63,740 nt of DNA, from positions 1 to 63,740 of the forward strand of contig JBDRRP010000044.1 of NCBI GenBank assembly GCA_043825735.1, read 5' to 3'. This stretch comes from Pseudomonadota bacterium. Lineage in GTDB: Bacteria > Desulfobacterota > Desulfobacteria > Desulfobacterales > JBDRRP01. The translations under genes and the position numbers were made by a program. Position 1 is the stretch's first letter; every line of letters begins with the position of its first letter. Of this stretch, positions 41,522-51,292 are shown piece after piece. The notes below the pieces were generated by a model, which saw nothing but the letters and a program-made list of their open reading frames with translations, was not told the DNA's origin and made no database searches.

Positions 41522-42877
41522 ATGCACATCATCACCCGCCCCGAAGAGGCCGTGAACGCCGCTACCCTTCCGCCCGGCAGCCGCATCTACTGCGGCGGCA
41601 ACGCGGCCACCCCTCAGATCCTTCTCCGGCAACTGGTGGCGGATCCGGCCATCTCCGGCGTGGAGCTGGTGGGCGTGCTGCTGCTGGGTGACATCGCAAC
41701 GCTTTTCGAAGACACCTGCTGTGAGCGGGTCACCCACCGCGTGATCTTCAACAGCGCCCAATCGCGACGGGCGGTGAACTGCGATGCGGCCATGTACCAG
41801 CTCATCCATCTTTCGGACATCCCCCACCAACTCAAACACTACCTCATGCCCGATGTGGTCTTCCTTTCGGTGGCCGGCCCGGACAATGGCGGCAATTACT
41901 CCCTGGGGCCAACGGTGGAAGCCCTGCCCGCGGCCATCGACACCGTCCGTGCCCGTGGCGGAAAGGTCATCGCCGAGAGAAACGCGCAGCTGCCATTCGT
42001 GCTGGGCACCACCCTCCGGTCCGAGGCCATCGATTTTCTCATCGACACGAACTATCCCCTGCCCGTTAACCCGTCCCCGCTGCCGGACGATCGGGCCAGG
42101 AAAATCGGCGACATCATCACGGCCCGCTACATCCACGACGGCTGCACGCTTCAGTACGGCATCGGCGAAGTCCCGGGCGCCGTCACCGACGCCATCCTGA
42201 AAAAGGGGGTCAAGGACCTGGGCATCCACACCGAGCTCTTCGCCAGCGCCATGAAAACCCTCATTGACACCGGCGTGGCCACCAATCGCCGCCGCAAGAC
42301 CGATTTCGGCATTTCCACCCTGTTTCTGATGGAGGATGCGGCCGACTACCAGTGGCTGGGCTATAACAGCTCCATGCAAAGCCGACCCTGTGACGTCACC
42401 AACAACATCCTGCATATCGCCGCCGAACCGAACATGGTGGCGGTCAACAGCGCCATCGGGGTGGATCTGCACGGCAACATCTGGGCCGATTCGCTCAATG
42501 CCGATCGCATCTACAGCGGTATCGGCGGCCAGTCGGATTTTTTAAGAGGCGCCTATTTGTCCGAGGGCGGGGTGTCCATCATCGCCATGAAGTCCACCAC
42601 CGCAAAAGGGGCCTCCAAGGTAGTCGAGCGATCTCCGGAGGGGATTTCCGCCACGGCCATCGCCGCCGACCCGGTGGTGGTGGTCACCGAAAACGGCGCC
42701 TTCGATCCGCGGGGCCTGAGCATCAGCGAGCACGCGGTGGGCATCGCCCACCTGGCCGCGCCTGAGGTGCGCGATGCGCTGCTCAAGCACATCTTTGAAA
42801 GCGACCGGTTTCACAAACCCCGACAGGCCTTGAGCGATCGCCCCCCCAAAGGGTTCACACCGTATTCGGCCATCTGA
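41522..42877 (+). CDS. Acetyl-CoA hydrolase/transferase (4-hydroxybutyrate CoA-transferase-like)
   Basis: TLQYGIG, GIHTE, SGIGGQSDF, VVTENG. Confidence 0.88.
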   Translation: MHIITRPEEAVNAATLPPGSRIYCGGNAATPQILLRQLVADPAISGVELVGVLLLGDIATLFEDTCCERVTHRVIFNSAQSRRAVNCDAAMYQLIHLSDIPHQLKHYLMPDVVFLSVAGPDNGGNYSLGPTVEALPAAIDTVRARGGKVIAERNAQLPFVLGTTLRSEAIDFLIDTNYPLPVNPSPLPDDRARKIGDIITARYIHDGCTLQYGIGEVPGAVTDAILKKGVKDLGIHTELFASAMKTLIDTGVATNRRRKTDFGISTLFLMEDAADYQWLGYNSSMQSRPCDVTNNILHIAAEPNMVAVNSAIGVDLHGNIWADSLNADRIYSGIGGQSDFLRGAYLSEGGVSIIAMKSTTAKGASKVVERSPEGISATAIAADPVVVVTENGAFDPRGLSISEHAVGIAHLAAPEVRDALLKHIFESDRFHKPRQALSDRPPKGFTPYSAI

Positions 42878-42896
42878 AGTTAGCGCGGTGGTAAAA

Positions 42897-43604
42897 CTAC
42901 GCCGCCAGCCGCGGCGGCACGCGCCCCTCGGGGCCGCGGTGGGGGTCGTCCTGGGGGGTGTCCATAGCGGCTGCCGCCGAGGTCATCTGGAAAAGAAGCC
43001 CGTACCGGTTCACTGCCTGCTGAAAGGCTTTGTTAATGGGCATCAACGGGCTTCCCAGGGAAGTATGCAGGGAAGCGACCTGCAGATGATAGGACGCAAA
43101 TAGCGGTACCGGCAGGCCACCGACCACAGCCGCGACGGCGGCAGATGCCGTCGCCGGTCGCAACGCGTCGATTTCCCGACAGGCTCTGAAGGCTGGATTA
43201 CCGTTCTTGTCCCTTCGCGTGGCAAATCCGAACATACGGCAAATCAGGGGGCGCCAGCCATACAAGCGGCAGCGTCCGTTGCCGCGGGTAGCAGCGTCCA
43301 TCTCGAAAACGGAACATGGCCCCGACGAAGGCGCCGCGAAGATGGCATCCACCCAGAGGTCGATGAGACCACTGCGGAACAGGGCACGGGCCATGGGCAT
43401 CAGTTCCAGAACCGAGGCCTCGACCGTTTCACTGAGGCAGCACCGGCCGCACCCCTCCGGGCAGACAATGCCCGCAGCGGCGGAAAACGCCGCGGTCTCC
43501 CTGTCGATATTTAAATAAAGCAACTCAACGGCGTCGATGATCGGCTCGATACTGCCGGCCGAAGTGGCGGTGGCAACAAGCGTCAGACCGCTTGCGATAT
43601 CCAT
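42897..43604 (-). CDS. YkgJ/CxxCxxCC family cysteine-cluster protein
   Basis: CPEGCGRCC...C...CRLYGWRPLICR; start uncertain. Confidence 0.8.
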   Translation of the reverse strand: MDIASGLTLVATATSAGSIEPIIDAVELLYLNIDRETAAFSAAAGIVCPEGCGRCCLSETVEASVLELMPMARALFRSGLIDLWVDAIFAAPSSGPCSVFEMDAATRGNGRCRLYGWRPLICRMFGFATRRDKNGNPAFRACREIDALRPATASAAVAAVVGGLPVPLFASYHLQVASLHTSLGSPLMPINKAFQQAVNRYGLLFQMTSAAAAMDTPQDDPHRGPEGRVPPRLAA

Positions 43605-43914
43605 GAAAGAATACGTCCATAAGGGTTCATCCAAACCGTGTCTGTAGTCAAGGATCAACCGTCCCGTTTTCCAGGCAGGCTGCGGTGTATATCCCACTCC
43701 CAAGCGGCGTGCAATACAATTCCATTGCAGAACGCTTCCAGCGTCACCACCGCCCCCATAAGGCAGGCCTGTTATAGCCACCATTGTCATAAATAGGTTC
43801 CGTTTGCACAACAACGCCGTGTGAGCATCGAAATCGGAATCAGCCGTGAAAAACGTCGATTTCGACTCCGATAGGATCTTGGGGTTGGAACGGAATATTA
43901 TTCTGACAAGTACG

Positions 43915-44925
43915 CTAAATGCTGCCCAGTTCGATAGCGCGCAGGACATCGCGCGCGTGCTTGAAGGACGGATCGATGGCCAGTGCTTTCTGGAAGTAAA
44001 TCTTGGCTTCGTCGGATCTGTTCAGCTCGATGTGGAGCCGGCCGATATTGTAATAGATATTCGGCTCGCCGGGATGCACCTTGAGGGCCTTGTTGTAATA
44101 CTTGAGGGCGGATTGAAAATCCTTTTTTTTCCGGAAAATCACCCCCAGCGAGTTATAAACGTTGATGGTATCCGGGCTGATCTCCAGGATCTCCCGCAGA
44201 ACCTGCTCGGCGCAGTCGTCTTCTTCTTTGCTCACGTATATGTCGGCCGCCTTCTGAAGACAATTCTCGGCCCGATCGAGCTGCCCCAGTTTCTTGTAAA
44301 CGCGGCCCATGGCTTCATAGGCCCTGGCAAAAAGCCGATCGAGTTGGGTCGCTTTTTGAAAGGCGACCAGGGCTTCATCGTACTTTTTCTGGCTCGTTTT
44401 GATGTAGCCGATGTTGTAGTAAACTTCGGCGCTCTCGCTCTCGGCGATCATCTTCTCGAACACCGACAGCGCCGTTTGCGTATCACCGGTTTCCAGCAGG
44501 TCGAGCCCCTTTTGCAAGCTGGCCCGGGCCTCCACGATGGCCGGCTCGCTCTGGACATCCATGTAGGTTTTGACCTTCTTGCGGACCACGTCGAGGCTGT
44601 AGGGCTTGACGATCAGCCCGGACACGCCGGCCTTTCCGGCCGCCAGCACCTGCAGCGGCGTATACTCCGTGCGGCTGAGGAAAAAGGCCACGTCCGACAT
44701 CCTTTCATCACTTCTCAAAATCCGCAGAAGGGCCAGCCCGGACATGTCGGGCATGTCCCAGGAACAGATGATGCACTCGGCCGGTTTGAGACGCATCATG
44801 GACCATCCATCCACAGTGGACGAGGTATGCCGGACATTTCTGAACTTCAACAAGTTCAGGATATCGACCAGGCCCTTGACCGCAAAGGGGTTTTCATCGA
44901 TGAGCAGGAAGGCGGGATCTGACAT
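43915..44925 (-). CDS. Receiver-like domain + TPR protein
   Basis: WDMPDMSGL...KP receiver fold, then TPR repeats (VYYNIG, VYNSLG, IYYNIG). Confidence 0.85.
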   Translation of the reverse strand: MSDPAFLLIDENPFAVKGLVDILNLLKFRNVRHTSSTVDGWSMMRLKPAECIICSWDMPDMSGLALLRILRSDERMSDVAFFLSRTEYTPLQVLAAGKAGVSGLIVKPYSLDVVRKKVKTYMDVQSEPAIVEARASLQKGLDLLETGDTQTALSVFEKMIAESESAEVYYNIGYIKTSQKKYDEALVAFQKATQLDRLFARAYEAMGRVYKKLGQLDRAENCLQKAADIYVSKEEDDCAEQVLREILEISPDTINVYNSLGVIFRKKKDFQSALKYYNKALKVHPGEPNIYYNIGRLHIELNRSDEAKIYFQKALAIDPSFKHARDVLRAIELGSI

Positions 44926-44943
44926 CCATTATCCTTTCAAGGG

Positions 44944-46989
44944 TTACAAAAGGTCCAGAATCGGTGCGCCCCTGAGCGTCGCGTCGACGGGGTTTCCGCT
45001 GCTGCGGGCCCCGGCATCCGCTTCGTTGAGCGCATCCATGGTACGAATCATATCCGCAACAGTCTCGGGCAATCGGGGCTCAGGGGCCAGGCGGCAATCC
45101 AGTATTCGGTAGGTCCCCTGCCGGCGCGGGCTTTTCTCGACAAACCGGTGGATGTGATCGGCCACGCTGTAGAGCCTGGACCAGTGGCTGTCCATCAATT
45201 CCAAATCCACGGTATCGCAAAAATATTCTCCCCAAGAGTTGCGCCATAAATAGGACGCCGTCAACCCGCTGTCATCCGAAAAAACCACCCGGGAAAAAAA
45301 CACCACCAGCAGCCGGTCCATCTCCGGCGGCTGCCGATAGGGCATCGCCGAAGCCACCGGCGTATCGAAAAAAACCGACGCCGCGCTCACCAGCTGCTCG
45401 ATCCTGCCGGCCGATTGGCTCTTGTCAAAAATCTGGACGGATACCAGCGGCGCTGCAGCGGAAACAGCCCGGTTTCTGATGAGCCAGCCCACCAGGTTTA
45501 CCAGATGCTCGGCTTCGGTCACCGGCTGGCTGTCACTGGCGAAACGCAGCTGCCACGGCTTTTTTTTCCGGGGGTCGTAGGCTATCATGAGGCGCGCGGC
45601 GGCCCGCGCCTGAATCGCGGCCGGGCAGCGATCCACTTTACCGGGGCGCTGTTTGAAAACAGCGCTGATACGCCCCTTCAGATCCATCAGGTCATCGGGA
45701 TCCATGTCAACCTGGCTGCCGCCGGCGTGCCCGTGAGTCTGCAACAGATCAAAAACAAAGCCGATCTTACGGATGATGCGCTCTTCGAACTCACGCCAGC
45801 GAGCGGCCGTCCATTGAGGGTACGCATCCAGATCGCTGCAAATATCGGCCGGCCAGCCCCAGGCACCGACGGTGCGCCTCAGCAATGCGGCCTTGGGAGA
45901 TCCCGACGCCGTGGGCTGCTTTTTGGGAAAGCCGATAAGCCGCAGGTAAATGCACTGGCGGATCAGGTCAACACCGTCTTTATCCTGGATCCATTGAAAG
46001 AACGCTTCCGCGTGCTCAAAAACCGCCGCGTAGGGATCTACGATGGCGGTGGCCGACGGCGCCTGGCTGAAGCCTGTTTTGATCTGCTCGCAGAGCAATC
46101 CGAGCTCTTCCTGCCGAAAAAAATAGTGGCCGATAAGGGCCGCCTTGATCATGGCCTTGACCGGGTCATGACGGGCCTTGTAAAGCTGCCACAAGACGGC
46201 GCCCAGGCATTCGCCCGGATCGATCCGGTCCACCGGGCCAAGATCGATATAATCGGAATCGTCGACGGAGGCCAGCGTCGAGGTCCGGGCCGCATTGATC
46301 CAGCGGCCGTACGCGCCGGTATCGAGGCGAGGAGGAAACACCGCCCAGTAGGGCAGCCGGCCGGCCATGAAAATGAAGGTCCGATAGAACTCCTCTTTGA
46401 GCAGTGTCCGCTGGGCCGAGCCCGAGCTTTCCCGATCCACTGACGTGAAGGTGTTGGATGCGACCTGGTCTGCATCGAGGATGAAAAAGGTGATCTGCTG
46501 GTCGAACGCCGCCAGTCCCCACGCGGCGATACCATCGAGTTTTTTCGTCAGCGCGGCCCGCCGTCGATCGTCCACTGCAATGGCATCGGTGACCACCCAG
46601 TAATCCAAATCCGACTTGCTCGTCTGGGCCAGGGTGCCGATGCTGCCCATCAGGTAGAGGCCCTGAATGGCCAAATCGTCGGAAAGGTAGGGGCGCATCC
46701 GGTCCTGCGTGAATCCGAACTGATTTAACCCCTGCTTCCAGAATCCGGAGTAATAGAATCGCTGGATGCCGAATGTCGCCCCGGGACCGTCCACGTAACC
46801 GGTCAATTCCGGGTGATTGACATGCAAAAGAAAGGGCACGGCCTGAAACAGCGATACCCGGCGCGGGGGCAGGTATCGCATCATCTCCCGCAACCGGCCG
46901 ATATTGTAAGCCTGGAACATCTTGTGGTTCCACCGGATGCGGCGCGCGATAGCGTCAGGGTCGTTGTGCGTGAGCGTCATGACGAACAA
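44944..46989 (-). CDS. cyaA: Class I adenylate cyclase-like protein
   Basis: PFLLHVNHP, GLYLMGSIGTLAQTSKSDLDYWV, GSAQ..LLKEEFYRT, WQLYK. Confidence 0.82.
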   Translation of the reverse strand: MFVMTLTHNDPDAIARRIRWNHKMFQAYNIGRLREMMRYLPPRRVSLFQAVPFLLHVNHPELTGYVDGPGATFGIQRFYYSGFWKQGLNQFGFTQDRMRPYLSDDLAIQGLYLMGSIGTLAQTSKSDLDYWVVTDAIAVDDRRRAALTKKLDGIAAWGLAAFDQQITFFILDADQVASNTFTSVDRESSGSAQRTLLKEEFYRTFIFMAGRLPYWAVFPPRLDTGAYGRWINAARTSTLASVDDSDYIDLGPVDRIDPGECLGAVLWQLYKARHDPVKAMIKAALIGHYFFRQEELGLLCEQIKTGFSQAPSATAIVDPYAAVFEHAEAFFQWIQDKDGVDLIRQCIYLRLIGFPKKQPTASGSPKAALLRRTVGAWGWPADICSDLDAYPQWTAARWREFEERIIRKIGFVFDLLQTHGHAGGSQVDMDPDDLMDLKGRISAVFKQRPGKVDRCPAAIQARAAARLMIAYDPRKKKPWQLRFASDSQPVTEAEHLVNLVGWLIRNRAVSAAAPLVSVQIFDKSQSAGRIEQLVSAASVFFDTPVASAMPYRQPPEMDRLLVVFFSRVVFSDDSGLTASYLWRNSWGEYFCDTVDLELMDSHWSRLYSVADHIHRFVEKSPRRQGTYRILDCRLAPEPRLPETVADMIRTMDALNEADAGARSSGNPVDATLRGAPILDLL

Positions 46990-47143
46990 TTTTCCGGCGG
47001 CTTGATAAATGAGCGCTTTTAGGATTATGAGTACATTTCTATATGCCGCGTGTGTGAAAGCGCATGCTGATTACGATGACGCCCGTCGCACGCAGCGCAC
47101 AACGTAACAATGACAGTGATATTTGTAAAACGACCTTCTGAGC

Positions 47144-47440
47144 ATGCCGACACCGACCGCAACCGACAAGCCGAATGGCCCCGCCACGCAGGGGCCCATC
47201 GAACTGGACCAGATCGACCTGCCCCCCGAGGTTCTGGCCGCACCGGATGCGCCCGCGCCACCCCCAGCCGATGGCTCCACGCCTAAACCGCGGGAAAATG
47301 ACCTGGCCGACGATGCGCCGGCCCCACCAGAGCCCTTTCCTGAAACGATCCGGACCCTTTTCATCGCAGCCGCCGTCATTACCGCCGCCGTATGGACGGT
47401 GGTGGGCGCTCTTTATCTCATGGACTGGCTCAAAAAATAA
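47144..47440 (+). CDS. Hypothetical Pro-rich protein with C-terminal TM
   Basis: Low-complexity N-terminus, single TM, followed by terminator. Confidence 0.55.
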   Translation: MPTPTATDKPNGPATQGPIELDQIDLPPEVLAAPDAPAPPPADGSTPKPRENDLADDAPAPPEPFPETIRTLFIAAAVITAAVWTVVGALYLMDWLKK

Positions 47441-47478
47441 AAACCCGCCGTGGCAGAGTGCCGCAGCGGGTTTTTTTG
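47438..47478. terminator. Bidirectional intrinsic terminator
   Basis: AAAACCCGC...GCGGGTTTTTTT between convergent genes. Confidence 0.75.
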
Positions 47479-47495
47479 TGCATGGGCAAGCAAGA

Positions 47496-48818
47496 CTACA
47501 TATCTTCCATCTCCGGATGAAAGACATCCACGTCCTTCAGATCGTCGCCGAGGTATTCGCGCTCCTTGGGACCGAGAATGCCCAGAGACAGGCAGATGAG
47601 GGTCCACAGGTGGACGGTCTGCCAGGCGTGGTCGTTGATCTCGCTCAAATCGTGGACCTGGGCATGGCAGTTGTGGCACGGGGTGATCGCGTAAGGAGCC
47701 CCGGTGTCCAGGATCTGCTTGGCCTTGAGGGCGCCGTACTGACGACGCTGCTCGGGGTAGCCGGACTGGAGAAACCCGCCGCCGCCACCGCAGCAGTAAT
47801 TGTTGCTCTTGTTGGGCGTCATATCGATAAAATTTTCTTCACCCACCACGGCTTTGACCACGTAGCGCAGATCGTCGGCCACCGGGTCCCCGAAGGACTT
47901 TCTGACCAGCTGGCAGGGGTCCTGCACCGTGAACTTGATCTTTCGCTCCTTGTTCCAATCGCTGTTGACCTTGAGCTTTCCCTCACGGATCCATTGGGCG
48001 TAAAGCTGAATGATGCTTTTGATCTCGAACTTGTGCTCGATCTTGTACTTTTGCAGTCCGACCCGGACTGCGAACAGTTCGTGCCCTCACTCCGTGTTGA
48101 GCCAGACCTTGGCTCCCAGATCGTCCACCGCTGTGGCCTTGAGCCGGACGATCTTTTCCCAGTTCTCGTCGTCAGCCATGAACATGCAGTAGTTCTCGGC
48201 GGCCCAGCCTTTGGAGGCATAGGTCCAGTCGGCACCCACCAGATGAAGGATCTTCCACAGGGGCACCATCTCATCGGGCTCGGTGACCGGCTCGCGGGAG
48301 TTCTGGTTCAAAACGAACATGGCGCCCTGTTTATCGATGGGCGCCTGCATCTCGGCAAACTCGGGCATGCCTTCCCGGTATTCCTCCAGCACGTCTTCCA
48401 CGACGAACTGGAAGTCTTCTGCCGAGGCACCCATGGCGCTGCAGGTCTCGTTTTTCATGGCCATGTCGCAGGAGCCCAGGATGCCCTTGGGGCGTTTTTC
48501 CCGAGGCCAGGCCTTGCGGGCGTTGAACACCAGCTGCGGAATGTTGATCTCCATGGGACATACATAGTTGCAGCGCATGCACATGCTGCACCACCAGACC
48601 CACTCGGTCGTGGTGACCTCCTCATCCATTCCAAGGGCGGCCATCCTCAGAAACTTGCGCGGGTCCATGCCTTCCAGCCCCGTCGCCGGGCAACCCGACG
48701 AGCAGGCGCCGCAGGTGAGACAAAGGTTCAGGTTCCCGCCCTTGGGCAGAATCTCCTTTACCTTGTCCATGAAGGTGGAGGAGCGCTTTCCTCCAATTTT
48801 AATCGCTTCATCGGTCAT
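47496..48818 (-). CDS. HdrD/GlpC-like (4Fe-4S + CCG domain) oxidoreductase, selenocysteine at UGA 48087-48089
   Basis: CLTCGACSSGCP, CSMCMRCNYVCP, LNTE-UGA-GH continuing in frame to QDPC, CCGGGGG, PCHNC. Confidence 0.88.
48053..48071 (-). promoter_or_regulatory. Bacterial SECIS hairpin
   Basis: mRNA GCAGUCC-GGGUC-GGACUGC perfect stem 15 nt after UGA. Confidence 0.75.
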
Positions 48819-49115
48819 GGGTGTCTGTTCCTCCATATCGGTTCGCATTTGAGTTTCGCCAAACTCGGATTTTTCCCTGTAGCGTATTTCCACCAAAATT
48901 ACAAACCCTCAACGCCGATGGAATGCATATTATATCGGCATGGTTTTCGGCCCCGTGCCCGCGACGATGGGAAGAGCGCCTGACACCGTCGACGGCGCCT
49001 TGACGGCGCGGCCCGAATGGACGCGCAGGCTTTGTCACAACATCATATTGTTCATTACGACCCCTTTATCTATGAAACGCAAGTTTGGCGTCAAAGGCCA
49101 GTGTCCCCGATGACA

Positions 49116-49220
49116 TTTTGATCACCACGAAGTTCACGAAGGGCACGAAGGTATTCTTCGCGGCCTTCGTGGTTCTCACGCAGTGCTGCGGGTAATAATC
49201 AACTTGAGAATTGTGCATAA
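49116..49220. repeat. Palindromic 9-bp-unit element
   Basis: TTTTGATCACCACGAAGTTCACGAAGGGCACGAAGG...GGCCTTCGTGGTT...CAGTGCTGCGG; shares flanks with the 11.2 and 15.3 kb copies. Confidence 0.85.
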
Positions 49221-49260
49221 GCCGGTAAGCGTATATAAAAATATAAAAAGGAGCATACAG

Positions 49261-49476
49261 ATGGATGGCCGAAACCGATCCGATATCACACCCGGCCGCC
49301 GTGTCCGGATCGTCCAAAAGCAGGATCAGCGATCCGGAAAACTCACCGACGGCATCGTCCGGGATGTCCTCACGAAATCGCCGACCCATCCCCACGGGAT
49401 CAAGGTGCGACTGACCAGCGGCGTGGTGGGCCGGGTAAAGGAGATCTCAGAGGGTCCAGCCCGTGGCGACGGCTGA
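49261..49476 (+). CDS. YwbE family protein
   Basis: IVQKQDQRSGKLT.G.V..VLTKSPTHPHGIKVRL..G.VGRV; AGGAG RBS. Confidence 0.88.
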   Translation: MDGRNRSDITPGRRVRIVQKQDQRSGKLTDGIVRDVLTKSPTHPHGIKVRLTSGVVGRVKEISEGPARGDG

Positions 49477-49498
49477 AAAGCATTGAAAAGACGCTGCC

Positions 49499-49891
49499 AT
49501 GATTAAGCCGCTACCGATCCAAAGCCTTCACCATGTTGTGTTCTGCAAAAAGTGGGAAGCCTGCGCGGCTTTCTACGGCCAGACGCTCGGGTTTCCCGAA
49601 ACGGGCAGGAGATCCGGGTTCGTGGAGTTCTCCGTGGCCTCCGAGGCCTGTATCGGCCTCATCGATGTGGCTGGCCGACCGGGGTACGGCGACCCGTCCC
49701 AAACGCCGGGCCTGCTCGCCCTGCGCACCGAGAATATCCAGGTCCTGCACGCTGGGCTGGTATCGCGGATCCCGGTGCTGCCGTCCATCCGCCGCCACCC
49801 TTGGGGCGCCCTGGTATTTGAAATCCGCGATCCCGAAGGCCGCCGCATCGAATTCTGGCAGAAAATACCACCAGACACACTTAACGGTTGA
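49499..49891 (+). CDS. VOC/glyoxalase family protein
   Basis: AFYGQTLGF, HPWG...RDPEGRRIEF. Confidence 0.82.
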   Translation: MIKPLPIQSLHHVVFCKKWEACAAFYGQTLGFPETGRRSGFVEFSVASEACIGLIDVAGRPGYGDPSQTPGLLALRTENIQVLHAGLVSRIPVLPSIRRHPWGALVFEIRDPEGRRIEFWQKIPPDTLNG

Positions 49892-49983
49892 CGCTGCAGG
49901 CTCCGTGAAAAAACCTTCATCGACATGCCGGACCCAGATCCGGAATCCAGGTGTTGCTCACGGCCAGTCATACCCAATCCAGG

Positions 49984-51003
49984 TCAAGCTACCGTCACCT
50001 TGTTTTTCCCGCCCTCCTTGCTCCGGTACATGGACTCGTCTGCCAGGTGAAGCAATGCTCTTTTGCTGTCAGCGTCTTCCGGATAGCTGGCGATGCCGAA
50101 GCTGGCCGTGACCTTCACGTTAAGCCCGACATACTCAAGAAATTTTGTTTCCGCGATGGCAAAGCGAATCTGTTCGACCTTTTCCCGGGCCGCCGCCTTT
50201 CCTTGGTCCGGAAGGATGACCACATACTCGTCTCCGCCGTAGCGGACCAGAGAATCGGAGGCTTCCATCCGCGAGGCGATCACGGTGGCGACCTCTCCCA
50301 GGGTCTGGCTGGCCATCAGATGGCCGTGGGTGTCGACGACCGTCTTGAAGTTGTCCAGGTCCAAAAACACCAACGAGAGCCGGCGCTCCTTGCCGATGAG
50401 ATTTTCCAGTTCCTTGTGTAAAAACCGCGTATTGTAAAAACCGGTCACGTCGTCGGTAAATGTCAGGGCCACCATCTCCCGATGAATCCGGGCGTTGGCG
50501 ATGGCAATGGCCACAAAATCGGTGAGAATGGAGAGCACCGGCATGGCCTGTTCATCGAAAAGGGAATCGTCTTCCGGGTTGACCACCTCGATGACTCCGA
50601 TCACCGACGACTGGATCTTCAGGGGCAGACAGATGATCGAGCGGGTGACAAATCCGGTCATCTCATCGATTTTTTGACTGAACCGCGGGTCCTTCGCAAC
50701 GTCCGGGACCAGGATCGGCTCACCGGTACGGGCCACCGTGCCCGCGATGCCCTCGCCCAGCTTGATGCGAACGTCGGCAAGAGACCTGCTCTGGAGCCCG
50801 GCCACCACCTCGAACCGAAGCTCCTGAGTGACCGGATCGAGCAGAAACAGGGTCCAGTTTTTCGCCCGGATCATCTGGCTGAGGCGCTCGAAAATAATGA
50901 CCAGAATCTGCTCCAGATGCAGCGTGGAGGTCACGGCCTTTCCCAGTTCCATGCAGGCCATCAGACTGTGCTCGTATAAAGACATGGCGGGGCTCACTTT
51001 CAA
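49984..51003 (-). CDS. GAF-GGDEF diguanylate cyclase
   Basis: GEGIAG...DPRF GAF; DLDNFK, GH, RYGGDEY. Confidence 0.9.
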   Translation of the reverse strand: MKVSPAMSLYEHSLMACMELGKAVTSTLHLEQILVIIFERLSQMIRAKNWTLFLLDPVTQELRFEVVAGLQSRSLADVRIKLGEGIAGTVARTGEPILVPDVAKDPRFSQKIDEMTGFVTRSIICLPLKIQSSVIGVIEVVNPEDDSLFDEQAMPVLSILTDFVAIAIANARIHREMVALTFTDDVTGFYNTRFLHKELENLIGKERRLSLVFLDLDNFKTVVDTHGHLMASQTLGEVATVIASRMEASDSLVRYGGDEYVVILPDQGKAAAREKVEQIRFAIAETKFLEYVGLNVKVTASFGIASYPEDADSKRALLHLADESMYRSKEGGKNKVTVA

Positions 51004-51292
51004 GGCCGCAAACCGGCCTGGCGAATTGTGCTGGGTGCGTTTTGTTCATGCCAGAAAACAGGAACAATCCATGCATACCACTTTTCAAACAATGCGCCAA
51101 ATCGATCGGTTGCGCCCGGCAGACGGGAAAACGATCGGAGGGTGCGTTGGAGGCATCAATATTGTCCCTAAAATCCTCCAAAAATCCGAGGTTTTCACGT
51201 TTAAATGCCTATTGCCGATAATATCAGACAGATGCCGTTCGGTTGGATGGGCGTCAGCGGAAAAAACGACCAAACAGTGGCGGATACCGGCA

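Noticed and set aside
47175..48983. 602-aa plus-strand ORF
   Set aside because: Antisense shadow of the CCG selenoprotein gene.
50828..51292. N-terminal extension of the SBP ORF
   Set aside because: Overlaps the divergent GGDEF gene; signal-peptide-like sequence begins only near 51293.
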